64,000 nt of DNA. It comes from Eledone cirrhosa (Eukaryota). The translations under genes and the position numbers were made by a program. The stretch spans positions 118,048,001 through 118,112,000 of the forward strand of contig OZ024743.1 of assembly GCA_964016885.1 (NCBI GenBank), written 5' to 3'. Below, one piece after another: positions 28,556-43,654 of this stretch. The notes under the pieces are model-generated. The model saw nothing but the letters and a program-made list of their open reading frames with translations, ran no database searches and was not told the origin of the DNA. Every line of letters begins with the position of its first letter. Positions within the stretch are counted from its first letter, which is position 1.

Positions 28556-30277
28556 AAGGCAGGGCCATAAAATACAAATAAATACCTTCCACCTAAACTA
28601 CGATTTCCTGCACTTCCTTCTATCAGACACTGCTATATCTCTATAATTTGAAAAGTTCAATATAAGTACAAATGCAGGAAAATTACGTATACTCAACACT
28701 TTTTTATCTACAACTTTCAAAATTCTAGTAGGCGGACACTTTTTGATATCACCAACCCCAAAGCAACACACGGATACAGATCACTTCACTCAAACGCAAT
28801 CTTACCCATAAAGTTTAGGCAAAATCTACACACGGGCTTAAACAAAAATATGTCGTAACATGTAATACCGTAACTACCATCGACATTAACAATAATTTCG
28901 ACTTATACCCCGCTATAAATATCGGTCCCAAATATTGACTACCTTCTAAAGAAACAAAACAACACACTGGATAGTAAAGGGTGGGAGTAAAATAAGCAAA
29001 TGAGAGCACACTCATACATACAGCATTCATGGGTTCCACATTGATCAACAGAAATTAAACACAAGTTACTATAAATTACAGCTGTACTGGCAGGAACGAT
29101 TGTTTGTTGCGAGAGAGAATTCGATAATTCGTAGTCCTTGCCTCAATGCACACAATTCTCCCCAAGCACCCTTACATATATACCCTTACCAGCCTGATTT
29201 TTTTCTTTCGCACTCGGTCCAAAAAAAGAAGAAAAAAAAATTAACAAAAAAAAAAAAGATACATATACACACACTGGCTAAACACGCCGAAGCAATGCCT
29301 AGTGCAGAGGATTAGAAACTGTCGTACTCTGCTGTTGTCCCCAAAGAGACTACAAGTGTAGACTAGATGTAGAGAGTGTACATGTCAAATTTCAAAACTA
29401 TACATACAATTTTGAGCAGGGAGGCCCCTCAGTTAGGCAAGGGCATGGTATATCTGGAACGAAAGATTTGTTGGATGCATCTATTCGTTCAGATTACCAC
29501 CTACATGAATACATTTATCAAGGTTAACCTGACGCCATACAACAAATATAACCAAATGATTATGGCTATAAATATGAATCCAAAATGTGGGTGTAGACGT
29601 TTTATTTATGATTGATTTTGAATCACCGTGCAGCAACATCAGCAGCCTAGAAAATATAGGTTGCGTCTCAAACAACTATCCAAGGGCTGCATTTGGTAGG
29701 TGCTTCTATAGCAATATTTTAACAATATTGCATATTTGACTGTGGTATAAATGTACTCATGGTTGAAATATTTTATATATTTTCCCAAGGCCATTTGCTG
29801 GGTGGTATTATTTACTGTTTAGGATAATGACGCAATGTAACATAATATTCTTCTTATGTCGTCTCTAAAGTCACAACATTCTTAACATTTTAGAAATATT
29901 CATCACGTGTATTGATTATGCTACAGATATGCAGCATAATTAATATTTTCGTCTATTCAGAAGAAATGTTTGTAATTTTAGATAAATAAAGTTTGTACAT
30001 ATGCTGCAACGCTGACTTTGAATCTTTTAAATCTATTTACACCGTGTACACTAAAGTCGTAACTCTGGAATACAACCCAAACGAAACGGACCTCCTAAAA
30101 ACATTGAGTGCTTCGAACGGCGCACCGCCTGTAACTGTTTTTACTCACCTCATCCTTATGGGGTTGATGAAATAAAGCTCCAGAAATGTACTGGAGTTGA
30201 TTTAATCGACTTGCCCCTCTCCACAAAATTCATAGCCTTGTACCTAAATCAGAAACCATTATACACATGTATATATG

Positions 30278-30611
30278 GAGTTGTCCCCCGGTATTCGCGG
30301 GGGTTACGTTCCTAGAGCACCCGCGAAGAGTGAGAAACTTCGAATACTGAACAAGGTCCACAAACATGCCTATAATGGTCAAACTATAACGTAAAATATA
30401 GACCTGCAAATATGGCGTACTGTTATTAATAATTTAGCGTTAAAAAGCGTGAAAAATATATACTGCCATGAAAAAGCCATTAACAATTCGCAGAAGATAT
30501 TTACGATTCCGCGAACATGTTTCCTCGAACAATTATTAATTAGGTTCTGTGGAAAATTCCACGAATAACAGGGATCACGGATTCGGAACCGCGAACGACG
30601 GGGGTACACTG
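30278..30611 (+). mobile_element. pogo/Tigger-like MITE
   Basis: Imperfect TIRs GAGTTGTCCCCCGGTATTCGCGG / CCGCGAACGACGGGGTACACTG in TA-rich flanks; a further opposed fragment lies at 30712-30895. Confidence 0.8.
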
Positions 30612-30616
30612 CATAT

Positions 30617-30706
<90 letters not shown>

Positions 30707-30900
30707 ATATGCAGTGTACCCCGTATAGTAATAAATAAATGTGAAGACTAAAATCCGAAGAGGGTTGGATAAGTTTCAGAAGATCCCGTTAAGGGTGAAA
30801 GCAGCGATTCTTTGCGCGGAATCGTAAATATCTTCCGCGAAGTTTTAATGTTTTTTTCATGGTAATATATATTTTTTCACGCTGTTTAACGCTACTATAT

Positions 30901-30972
<72 letters not shown>

Positions 30973-31017
30973 AAGTTAAATAAAAAGTCAAATGTTTAAA
31001 ATTTACCTTCGTTTATT

Positions 31018-31078
31018 ACTGCTATATATATTTCAATTTCAGTGACAGCCATCTTTGGCTGTGACCTTTTCAGGCAGT
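31018..31078 (-). ncRNA. Second, mutated copy of the minimal hammerhead
   Basis: ACUGC-CUGAAAA-(same stem II)-GAAAUUGAAA-UAUAUA-UA-GCAGU; has a 5-bp stem I but a G8A change and a duplicated GAAA. Confidence 0.6.
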
Positions 31079-31222
31079 CCGAATTAGTGTGGTATAGACA
31101 AGTACATATGATTCCAGTTCCTCAGTGAAATAACAACCCAACCAGGAACTGGGCATATCAGAGTATTGACAATATTATACACCTCAACAACATATGTACT
31201 TGTCTATACCACACTAATTCGG

Positions 31223-31277
31223 CCTGCCTGAAGAGGTCACAGCCAAAGATGGCTGTCACTGAAATATATATAGCAAT
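31223..31277 (+). ncRNA. Minimal type I hammerhead ribozyme
   Basis: UGC-CUGAAGA-GGUCACAGCCA(AAGA)UGGCUGUCACU-GAAA-UAUAUA-UA-GCA: CUGANGA core, long stem II, GAAA, palindromic stem III and a UA cleavage site. Confidence 0.75.
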
Positions 31278-31418
31278 AATAAACGAAGCTAAATTTTAAA
31301 CATTTGACTTTTTATTTAACTTTATTTTACATTACTCCGGAGTAAGCAAACCAACCTGCGCACTTCGTCGAGTGCTCCAGCCTGCATACTGAGGTGTTGG
31401 TATACAACCAACATATAC

Positions 31419-31472
<54 letters not shown>

Positions 31473-32711
31473 TATAATACCCAATGTGTATAAGGTAGAT
31501 AACTAATCTATTTATGAGTATATAAATATAAACACATACATATACATAAACAGACACATCATACAAAATAATGATGACATACACACACATCTATGTGATG
31601 AGTGTGGAAAGAAGGAGGCTGTGACAAAGTGTAGAAAACAGCGAGTAATATGTTTGTATAGATGTGCGTGTATGTAATAATTATTTTTAACCACCGCTCT
31701 TAGATTGGCTACACTTGTATGAATGTATGGTGTGTGAGGGTATATGTCTTCAAGCAAAGCAATATCAGAATAAGTTAGAATTATCAAGAATATAAAACGA
31801 CCGCATTTGAAAGGTATATAGAAATACACATCTACCCTTAATTTAACAGTTCATGCATGGGCTTAATATATTTATATAAAGAAATGTATGTAATAAATTT
31901 TAAATATGGAGTTTTTACATCAATTTTAAGTCACGATCTGCGTTATGTGACTCTAAACCATACGAGTTGCGGTTGGTTTCAGTAATGGAGAGTGAAATTG
32001 AAAGGAAACGTCGTTTAGCGAGAGAAAGACAGACCCTTTTTATATAATTGATACTACAATTAGCCGCCATTTTTGACGGCACCGGGCCAGCTAATATATA
32101 TATATATATAATTATCGATCTCATGAAATGGTCGACTCCTATTTTTGGCCGAAATATTTGGAATATTCCATAGGCCTCGTATGAAAGTCGACCCAGTATT
32201 TTATGGATAACAGGTCAACATTTGTGAGTCAATTGTGTACGTAGTAATAAAACTTACAAAATCCTCATGAATTTCAGGCAAGTTTGTATTATTGCATATA
32301 CATGTGTGGAACTTAACAGTTACCCAAACGTGTGCCTACCTGACCGTAGCGTGCCCCCATAGCTGGAATGTTTGGCGCTTATACAGAAATTATGAAATAT
32401 GAATTGATTGCACCAAGTTAGTCTCATATGTTTCTGTAAATATTCATAAGAGCTAGGCGGCCTTCTTTATGGATTTTGTTGTTTACTGGGACAAGTAATT
32501 TGATGCATAGAATCGGTAATATTAATGTAAATCATTGTTTTTGTTTTAACTTGTTTAGAGATCAGTTGGGCTTCTGGAACTGATACGCTACTTATGATTC
32601 TAACCTGAATTTGAAACCACTCAAAAGTAGTATACATATAATAGTCGACCCCGTATATTTACCCTTAAAATCCGACGACTTTTACACATGTACATACGAT
32701 ATATATATATG

Positions 32712-32872
<161 letters not shown>

Positions 32873-32969
32873 TTCTTATATATTATGTATACTCCAGTCC
32901 TACAAACTGTAGGGTGCTTCTTATCCGATATCTGCATTGCTTTATTGTACTACAATAAAACTCACCTCC

Positions 32970-33016
<47 letters not shown>

Positions 33017-34154
33017 ATCTATTTATCTATATATATCTATATATGTGTATAAATGCAAGTTTACGATTCTGTGTGTCCGCCTAAAACTAGCAAACTACGG
33101 AACCAAACTCCTCAAAATCACATGTACATATTGACTTTACACTCGGACAGGTAACGGTCGAAAACGTTTTACTTTGCAAAACAAGGAATTCATTTAAATT
33201 CAATTTATCTTATTTTCTAATGAATATCAAAAGAGATCATCCATTTTGTTTTTTTATGCACACCAGTCTGTTGATAAGAGAGTGAGGGATGGGAGAGAGA
33301 AAGAGAGAGAGTAAGGGATGAGAGAGAAAGAGAGAGAGTGGGAGATGGGAGAGAGAATAAGGGGATGAGAGAGAAAGAGAGAGAGAGTGAGTGGATGGGA
33401 GAGAGAGAGAGAGAGAGAGAGAGAGTAAGGGTATGTGAGAGAGAAAGAAAGAGAGTAAGGGGATGAGAGAGAAAGACGATGAAAAAGAGAGAGAGGGAAA
33501 GCTTCCGGCTTTGTTAACTTTTATTTATTTATTATTTTTACACACTTTTTAACTCTCCTGCTTCTTTAACGTTATTTATCTTGTCTTTATGTGTTGTTCT
33601 CTGTAGAGAGAGGGGGGATCTGAGAGAGAAAAAACAGAGAGAGAATAATGGGATGGGAGAGAGAGAGGGAAAGTAGCCAACGTTCATTAACTTTTATTTA
33701 TTTATTATTTTTAAACACTTCTTAACTCTTCCAATGTTATTTATCTTTTATTTATTTTTTGTTCGCTATTCTGTAGAGTGAGAGAAAGAAAGAAAGAGAA
33801 GAGATGAGAAAGAGAAAGGGACTGAGGCGGATGGGGAGAAAAAGACAATAAGAAAAGAGAAAAGATGGGAGAGAGAAAAAAAGTAGAGACAGGAGAGAGG
33901 GAGGGTGATTGGAGGGATTCTTTATCTAACGTGTGTCCGTGTTTATATATATATATATTTACACACACATATGTGTGTTATGGGGGGGGGGCGTTCTTTA
34001 GCAGACGATATATGTTACCATCAAAGCTTATTTTCAACATATGTCTAAAGAAATCACAGTTGCTTTTATAGAAGTTGTATATATATATATATGTATTTAA
34101 CAGACAGAAAAACAGTATTTTTAAAAGATATTATTTGAATATATTATTTTCCGC

Positions 34155-34324
34155 TGGAGAGGGTCGGACACCATGCTTTCCAGCATAGTTACGTCCCTTT
34201 ATGATCTGAGTTCAAATCCCGCCGAGGTTGACTTTGCCTTTCATCCTTACGGGGTTGATAAAATAAAGTACCAGTAATGCACTGGGTGATTGCTGGCCTT
34301 GTGCTTAAAGTAGAAACAGTTATT
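34155..34324 (+). mobile_element. Nin-domain-type SINE nested in the Helitron 5' region (another partial minus-strand copy at 34562-34630)
   Basis: Family consensus match. Confidence 0.9.
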
Positions 34325-34650
34325 TGAATTAACACATAAAATATTTTTTTGTAGATTTTTTGGGGGGAGGGGGGAGGGGGGAGCTGGGTAAAAAATGATA
34401 ATTTCAGAATACAATCTGAAATCCCAATATTTTCTACATGTCTAATATACATTCATATATATGTCTAATATACATTCATATAAAGATATCATTTAAAACA
34501 ACTTTACTGAGTGAACAATACATTCTATAGTTGTTTCTATTTCGGAAAGAGTGTGGTGTGTAATAATTGTTTCTACTTTTGGCACAAGGCCAGCAATTAT
34601 TCCAGTGCATTACTGGTACTTTATTTTATCGTGTAATAATATCACTTCAA

Positions 34651-37377
34651 ATGCCTAGAAAACGTTCCAGATCATTTATATGGAAGGTCATCTTCAGAGG
34701 CTAAGAGAAAGAAAACACAGCGATTTGAAGAAAGTGAAGTGAAGAAGTTCGGCATGCCCGTCTAGCTGCTAACAGAGCCCAAACATCTTTAGCACATGCA
34801 CACCGTTTGGATGAAAGGGAACAAAGGACTGCTGCTACACGAGAACAACAAATTAAGGAACATCAGCAAATCAGACGAAATGCTAATCAAGCACATCGTT
34901 TCTACTGCCAGAGCAGGAGAACGAGCCACAAGTAAAATGAACTGGCTGATGTGTGCATTTTCTTATGACCCCGAAAAGGACTACAGCAGTAATCCACAAA
35001 TCAACATTGGGAATATGAACAAATGCTGCCAGTATTGTGGTGCCAAGAAGTGGGCAGCAGAAACAGCAAGTCTATGCTGCTCAAAAGGCAAATTGAGCCT
35101 TAAAACAATACAAGAACCTCCTGAATTTCTGAAGAATCTGCTCCTTCAGCATACACCAGAAGCACGACACTTCAATAAATACATCATAAAATATAATTCT
35201 GCCTTTAAAATGACATCTTTTGGGGCTGACAGGAACGTGATTGACATTAGATTCTGTACAACTTATAAAATTCAGGGACAGTGTTACCACTTAATGGGTG
35301 GCCTTCTGCCACTTTCACTGGAGCCTCACAAATTTGTGCAGGTTTACTTCATGGGTGGAAATGAAACACAGGCACAACAAAGATGTACCAATGTTCTACA
35401 CAGTCATAAAGTTACAAGAAATGCTTCACCAACATCACATGTACGTCAGAGTATTTAAATATGCACTGTAGCATATGAACAACACCAGAGATGGTAAAAT
35501 CATCATTAGGGCAGACAAACACCCAGATTCAGAACATGAACGCAGATTCAATGCACCTGTCACTGATGAAGTTGCAATCATAATGGTTGATGAACAGCAT
35601 GGACGACGTGACATTGTATTGCATAAACAAAGTGGACATTTGGAGCGAATTTATGCTTATCATTTCATGGTACGTGATCACTTCTACCAAGTTCTGCGAT
35701 TCAAAGAAGTAACCAGCCAGTTCAGGGTGGACATGTATGCCAAAATTGAAACAGAAAGATTGGGAATTAAACTAAGTTGAGGGCAGATAACTACATCCAC
35801 CTTAGAGATGCCATCAATTCTGATGTTGACCCAAGAAATATTGGCCAGCCAGTCATACTACCATCAAGCTTCACGGAAGGACCACGTTACATGCATGAAC
35901 GTACGCAAGAAGCAATGGCCTATGTCAGAAAATTTGGTCGGCCATATCTCTTCATTACATTTACATGCAATTCAAACTGGTCAGAAGTACCAAATAAATT
36001 ATTTCAAAATCAAAAACCAAAGGATCGACATGACCTCATTGCTCGGGTTTTCCATGAAAAACAAAAAAAGAACTCATCTGGCTCCTAAAAGAATGACGAA
36101 TCTTTGGTGAGCTTAGTACTTGGATGACCACTATTGAGTAGCAGACGAGACGTCTTCCTCACTCTCACACACTAATCTGGTGCAAGGAGAAGATGAGATC
36201 AGATGATGTTGATAAGATCATTCCAGCAGAGTTGCCTGATAAAGGTGGTGATCCAGAGCTCTTTGAAACCATCAAGTCCAAACACATTCATGGACAATGT
36301 GGAGTCATCAATCCAACCTCTCCCTGCATGAAAGATAAAAAATGCAGCAAACATTATCCTAGAGCTTTTATTCGGGAAACGCCGACTGACAATAATGGAT
36401 AACCCCTTTATCGTAGGCGTAGACCAGAACACGGAGGCAATACTGCAAGCCTAACAGTTCGAGGAGCGGAGCTAACCATAAAAAATCAGTGGGTCGTACC
36501 ACACAACAAATTGTTGTGTAAACTTTTCAAAGCTCATCATATGTTGAGTATTGCAGCTCCGTCAAGGCAATCCTATATGTCACAAAATATATCAACAAGG
36601 GCGGTGACATGGCTGCCTTTATTACTGACAAAGTACTCAATGATGGTGGGCTGGATGAGGTCAAACGGTATCAAACAGGTCGATACATCTCCAGTAATGA
36701 AGCTATCTGGCGAATCTTTGGATTTGTTATCCACCAATTCCACCCAACAGTGGTCAACCTCTCAGTCCATCTGGAAAATGGACAGAGAGTGTACTTCACT
36801 GAGATCACTGCTCATCAGTTGGCACAAGCATCACATGACACTACACTAACTGCTTTCTTTAAACTCTGCCAGAATTATGAATTTGCTCGATCCCTCCTAT
36901 ATGCTGAAGTCCCAACATACTACACCTGGACGAATTGCAAGCGGGAATTCCTCCACACAACCTGATACTGAAGCTTGGACCATCGGTTATGCTAATTCGC
37001 AATCTGGATCCTCCAAAACTTTGTAATGGCACAAGACTCACCATCAAAAATATGATGTCCAATGTTTTAGAAGTTGCAATCATGTCAGGAAAATTTGCTG
37101 GTGACAATTGTTTTATTCCCAGAATACCTCTGAAGCCAACTATTTGCCATTTCATTTTCAAAGACTTCAATTTCCGATCAGGCTCAGTTTTGACATGAAC
37201 ATTAATAAATCTCAAGGGCAATGATTGAAAGTTGTCAGGTTGAATCTGGCAGATCCCGTCTTTTCACATGGTCAACTCTATGTTGGCACAACAAGGGTTG
37301 GGAACCCTGATTGTCTCTTCATTGTGGCACCACAGGGCAAAACCAAGAATGTTGTTTATCCAGAGGCTTTGGAATGA
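34651..37377 (+). pseudogene. Helitron RepHel transposase pseudogene (Zn-finger, HUH Rep, PIF1 helicase C-terminus)
   Basis: CQYCGAKKW..CCSKGK; ILPSSFTEGPRYM; LFITFTCN; RLPHSH (HUH); YVTKYINKG; GIPPHNLILK..LCNGTRL; FSHGQLYV; KNVVYPEAL*; many frameshifts. Confidence 0.95.
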
Positions 37378-38278
37378 GCAATGTCGTAATTCCTCATTCA
37401 ATAACAATACACACAGATCCTAATTCCTCAGTCATGCAAGGAATTCTGAAGCCGCAAATTTACTGCATGGTGTTACTTTAGAAGAATATGCAGGCATTCC
37501 CGGGTACCTCTGCTATATAAAGTAGTATATGTAAGGACTTTGTTGGGTAGAAATAGCAGCCACATTTCCTTCAAATCCCACCTTACTTTCTCAGGTATGT
37601 ATATATGTATGAAGCAAAAAGGAATGGTTCTATGTGATAACTCGATCCACTAGAAATATTAGCAAAATCCGTTTCAAATCACAAACAACTGTCTTACACA
37701 CATACATATGTGTGTATGTATCTATGTATGTCATGTGAGCCACTATAACTGTTGGTATAGCTAAGAGAAATAGAAAACAAGATTCTAATGCCATAGAGGC
37801 AAAGAATGGTGAAAGCTACAGTGTACAAATTTAAATATAGTTTCCCCGTATTATAGAAATGAGTAAGCTTCATTTAATCATAAACCAATGCTAAATTTAT
37901 TTTCTTATTTTATTTATAGTTTTTAAAATAATCTTTACAAGTTGTTTGAATTTCAGAGGTTCAGATAAAAAAAATCTAAATGTATTTTTTTGGTCATGCC
38001 ATTTTCACTGACAACATACCTAATGATTCATCTATGAGTAAAGCATTATATATGCTGACTGTAATAGGGAGCAGTATTCAAAAATCACCGCTGGAAAAAA
38101 ATAATATTTCTATCTAGATGATTTACTTTGACCAAACTGCAATAAAAATGCTTCTATAATTCCTACTTTGGTTAAAATTCAGCAATCATATTTGAATGGT
38201 CAAATATTTTGTAATGTGTACCAAATATATTGTTACTTTCAGTTCAGAAAATACCCGGTTATCACCGGGTAGCTCAGC

Positions 38279-38790
<512 letters not shown>

Positions 38791-39182
38791 GTATGCATAT
38801 AGATTATGCTCCTATATATATAAATTCATGTTGTCAAGGTTTGCACTGTTATGCATATTAAGAAGACCAACATAATTCTATTCGAGGTTTGCCTAAATAA
38901 GCCACTATTTTCCATGTGGTCTAAAAAGTGAAACGGTAAGGGTCGGGTAAATTAAGCAATGCGATCAGATTTTCTGTCCATAGTTGTGACAATGATGTGT
39001 GTTTAAAACCCGCATGCTCGTACATTTGTCTTTGTCGCCCAGTTAAAATAAATTGCGTTCAAAACAGTCTTTTCCTATGAAAAATAGTTGAACATATAAG
39101 TCCGTAAAGTTAAATATAGCTAACATGTTAGATAATATATATAAATATAGCGAATGTGTGCGTGCGTGTGAGTGCGTGAGTA

Positions 39183-39296
<114 letters not shown>

Positions 39297-40312
39297 TGTG
39301 TGTGTGTGTGTGCGCGCGTGCGTGTGTTTGAATTTTGAATGTTTGTTAGCTTAAAGCAAACTGTTTTCACCACAGGATTTTTACTACGAAAAATAGCCAA
39401 ACAATTTGGGCGCATAAGCCTCTAGATATTGAAAACGTGAACAACATTCTCTCCGTGTGACTTGAAATCAAACCTATCGTCTTCCGGACGGATGCGCTAC
39501 AATTGTACAGAAGGGAATCTGTCAACTGTCCTGTCAGTTTCAGGCCGTATCTAGCGATCAGTGAGTGTAAACAATCAACTAAATTCTTTGACGGAAGACT
39601 GAGTGAAATATCTATTTTGAAATTTCCTCACTTTAAAATAGAATACATAAAAAAAATCATAATTCACAAGACGTTTCGCTAAAAAATACGATTGATAGTT
39701 TACATTCCATGGCATAAAAATTACGGGTAATTTGTCAACCTCACTTCTGTATATTGTTAGGACACCCGCCCAGCATACGGTAGTTTTAATTTCCAGCCTA
39801 ACGGAGGTTGTGGTATGTGTGCGTGTGTATATATCTGGTTTGTATTGTATTAAAACAAGACTGTCCTCTAGATATATCTCTCTTATTAACATGTTATGCT
39901 TGTTTTAGTTTGCGACTTAATACATTATCTGTGTGTTGAATTATGTTATGATATTAGAGAATTCTGTGTAAGATTTGTAGTGAATACATGCGCAAAGGCT
40001 CTTATATTTCACTGCTGACCGTTTTGCTGCAGATTAATGTGTTAAGTAATGTTAACATGTATTTTTGTGGTTCTTTGTGCAATACATTGCCATTCCTCCA
40101 TATAAAAAACGCAGCGTAGGCTGAGGAAATATCACATTTGTATGGATCATGTCATGTTCTTTTGTCTTCTGGATTTTTGATCAGTAATCAAGGTCCGAAA
40201 CTCAAATAGGCGGTTACCTTTAATACTCTTTTCCCACTTAACCTTTTAACTTTTAGACATTAACTAGTGTGATACTTTATAGTAGCAAATCATCACAGAA
40301 AGACCACACACA

Positions 40313-40443
<131 letters not shown>

Positions 40444-40633
40444 ATACTTGGGGAGGGTCATATTGTTGTAATAATATTACCAGAATTAATAACAGAACAC
40501 ACTCACTGTTTGGTTTGTTTTCGCTTCTGTATTTTTTATATCTGTTAATTTATTCGGTCCTCAATATTTACCATTGACTGACCAACGGTAAAAAATACAG
40601 ATATAATATAGACACAAACACATATATAGTCTA

Positions 40634-40674
40634 ACAAAGTTCTTTCGTTGCACATCTGCAACACGTCAGTGGTG
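40634..40674 (-). ncRNA. Degenerate minimal hammerhead-like motif
   Basis: CCA-CUGACGU-GUUGCA(GAUG)UGCAAC-GAAA-GAAC-UU-UG: perfect 6-bp stem II, A9U core change, weak stem I. Confidence 0.45.
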
Positions 40675-41159
40675 CTATTATGTTTCCTCCTGTTGTATTT
40701 TATGTCTACGTCATCTTTATTAAATCTGTTTATTTATTTATTTAATTATTTTTGTCTTCTTCTCTGCGCATGCGTTTGCGTGTGTGTATAGTGTTTGATG
40801 TGTGTTCGTGTTTGGGTGACTGTGTTTTGGTTATTGTATTCTATCTTAGTTTACTAGTGTGTGTTTATATTTGTTTGTTGTTATTGTGCTTGTGTATTTA
40901 TTTATTTATTTATTTATTTTTTTCTTAGGTCAGTATTGTTTGTTTGGGTGTTGTTGCTATTCCATTCTGTTGGCCTACTAAGTTCTATTTCATTGGCCTC
41001 TCTGATTTGCCTATCTTCTGGGTCATTTCTATGTTTAGATATTATTTTAATTTCTATGTTGTCTATGCTACCGTCGTGTTGTTGTCTGGCGTGTTCGCAT
41101 AGTACTGAACCGTTTTTTCGTCCTTTTAGTTGGTCTATCCTTTCACCTATACTACGAGC

Positions 41160-41222
<63 letters not shown>

Positions 41223-41223
41223 C

Positions 41224-41333
<110 letters not shown>

Positions 41334-41463
41334 GTAACAAAAGTATGTATTGAGTTAAAAGCTCACATTAGTCCCTTATAATAGCACAAGAAAAAAATTG
41401 TCCGACCCTTATAATACAATAAAGAAAGACAAACACATGTATATATTTGTGTTTGTCTCTCTT

Positions 41464-41511
<48 letters not shown>

Positions 41512-42165
41512 GTTCATATTCATATATACAGGCACACATATTTTGGAAATTAAAAGATTCAAAGCCTCACAACGATCAGTGATTTCTTCCTGGCGTCAAA
41601 TCCCTCCGACAAGTAAATAATTGAGTAATGGATGTGACATGTTTTCTGTGGCGGTGTTTGAAATTTGTTTCTGTATGGGTCCATAAGAAATATTTGGTTC
41701 TCTCACAGTTTTCTATTATATGTTTCTATCGTATATATACTTAACAAGTACAACTCGGAAACCATAGAAAACCACTATATTTGAGACCGTGTATTTTAAC
41801 TAAAGCAATTACATCGTGGAATACTTATTTCAGCCTGTGAGAAAATGAATAAAAACTGTTAAATTCACGTTACATTTATCATTTATTAACTCTGATTTTC
41901 AGTGACTAGATCGCAAACAGTGCGATTCAAATATTAGCGTTAAGAAATGAATTATAAATGTTGAGTGAATGGAAAACATTTAATTATTTTTTAATAGCTA
42001 AAATGACTCGTTCACAATGGAATTGGTATTTTGTATGACATATATGAGATACATTTTTTCTCACTTCACATTGTCATTGCTGTCATGTTTCTAAACTTTT
42101 AACTTTTAATTTCTTACTGATCATCTTTGCCTCAGAAATGTTCCCTATATTGGCAAGCCTAGGTT

Positions 42166-42255
<90 letters not shown>

Positions 42256-42313
42256 TGCGTGTGTGTGTGTGTGTGTATGTGTGCGTGTAAGTTTGTGCGT
42301 GTATTTATGTATT

Positions 42314-42344
<31 letters not shown>

Positions 42345-42347
42345 GAA

Positions 42348-42605
<258 letters not shown>

Positions 42606-43654
42606 TGTGTGTGTATATATATATATGCGTTACCGCATAGAATTATATATATATAAACTGTTCGTTAATTAAGTGGTATTTAATAATATTTAGATGTAGG
42701 CAATTTAAATCAAAATCTTCCTTGCGGAACTTAGTTTTTGAAACAGATATTAAGAGAAAGATATCAATTTATAATATATTTCATTCCTGCTTTCATTTTA
42801 TCCGTGTGTGCATATTATTAAGATGTTTAATTGACTGTAATTACTATATTAGTTTTAATTTATCTGACTTAATTCCTCACTTACACATTGAAATATAGGC
42901 ATGCGCATGAATCCACACACTGGTACAACAAACATGTAGACAGGAGTTATAGTTATAACCAACATATGTATTGCATGTATAAAAATTGGGATATTTGCAT
43001 TTCAGCATGCAAGAGGTTTTATTTATTTATGAAAGTTCAACAAAACAGTATGAGGCCATGCTTTCAAAAGGAACGGTGACGAAGCCACACACTGAATTAA
43101 AGACTGATATGTTTCGCAACATCATCTACCGTTTTCGTTGAACCCCTTGATGTCTGCAGTTTCCAACAGTTGTCAAAATGTTGTGAAAACATGAGTCAAT
43201 GTTTCTGAGCTAACTTATAAATACGGTGTCGACCTTTAAGACATTAACACACTATGATTTGCTGTAGAGCGAGAGACTGGCACAGCAAGTCAAGAAATTC
43301 CGAACGACGGGTCTTCTTCGTAGGGGATTCTAAAAATAAAATACAATAAAACATTAGATAAAAAGTTGAGATGAAATAGGCAAGTGGATTAAATATTCAA
43401 CTAGATGCCAATAGGTTTTACTTTCAAATCTACGTTAGATATTTAATTCTGCCTTTGATTAGGCACAAATCGCAGTCATAATATTCTGGGTTTAATCCCA
43501 GTGAATGTTAGCATGTACTATGACCTGACGTGTTAAAATTACATATAAATATGCTGTTGATTAGCCAGCTCCGATCGAGCAAACCCAAGACAGAAAGCGA
43601 TAGCGAAATTTTGTGTAATTTTACTTTGTATTATTTTTCATTTATTTTTTTATA

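Larger units (their letters stand above)
30967..31329. mobile_element. Head-to-head inverted duplication (arms of about 140 bp) of a hammerhead-bearing PLE/retrozyme-like terminus next to (AT)n
   Basis: 30967-31110 is the reverse complement of 31191-31329 with few differences; each arm carries an HHR motif. Confidence 0.8.
33030..38281 (+). mobile_element. Helitron (decayed, internally deleted autonomous element)
   Basis: 5' TCTATATA..TATAAATGCAAG start near 33030-33060; RepHel pseudogene inside; 3' hairpin ACCCGGT-TATC-ACCGGGT then CTAG|T at 38253-38282. Confidence 0.85.

Noticed and set aside
31470-32094. Non-autonomous Helitron ending CGGCACCGGGCCAGCTAA
   Set aside because: The 3' end is suggestive but CTAG is mutated and I could not define a 5' end
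32120-32670. DNA transposon with repeated GTCGAC(C/T)C motifs
   Set aside because: No paired TIRs or transposase could be established by eye
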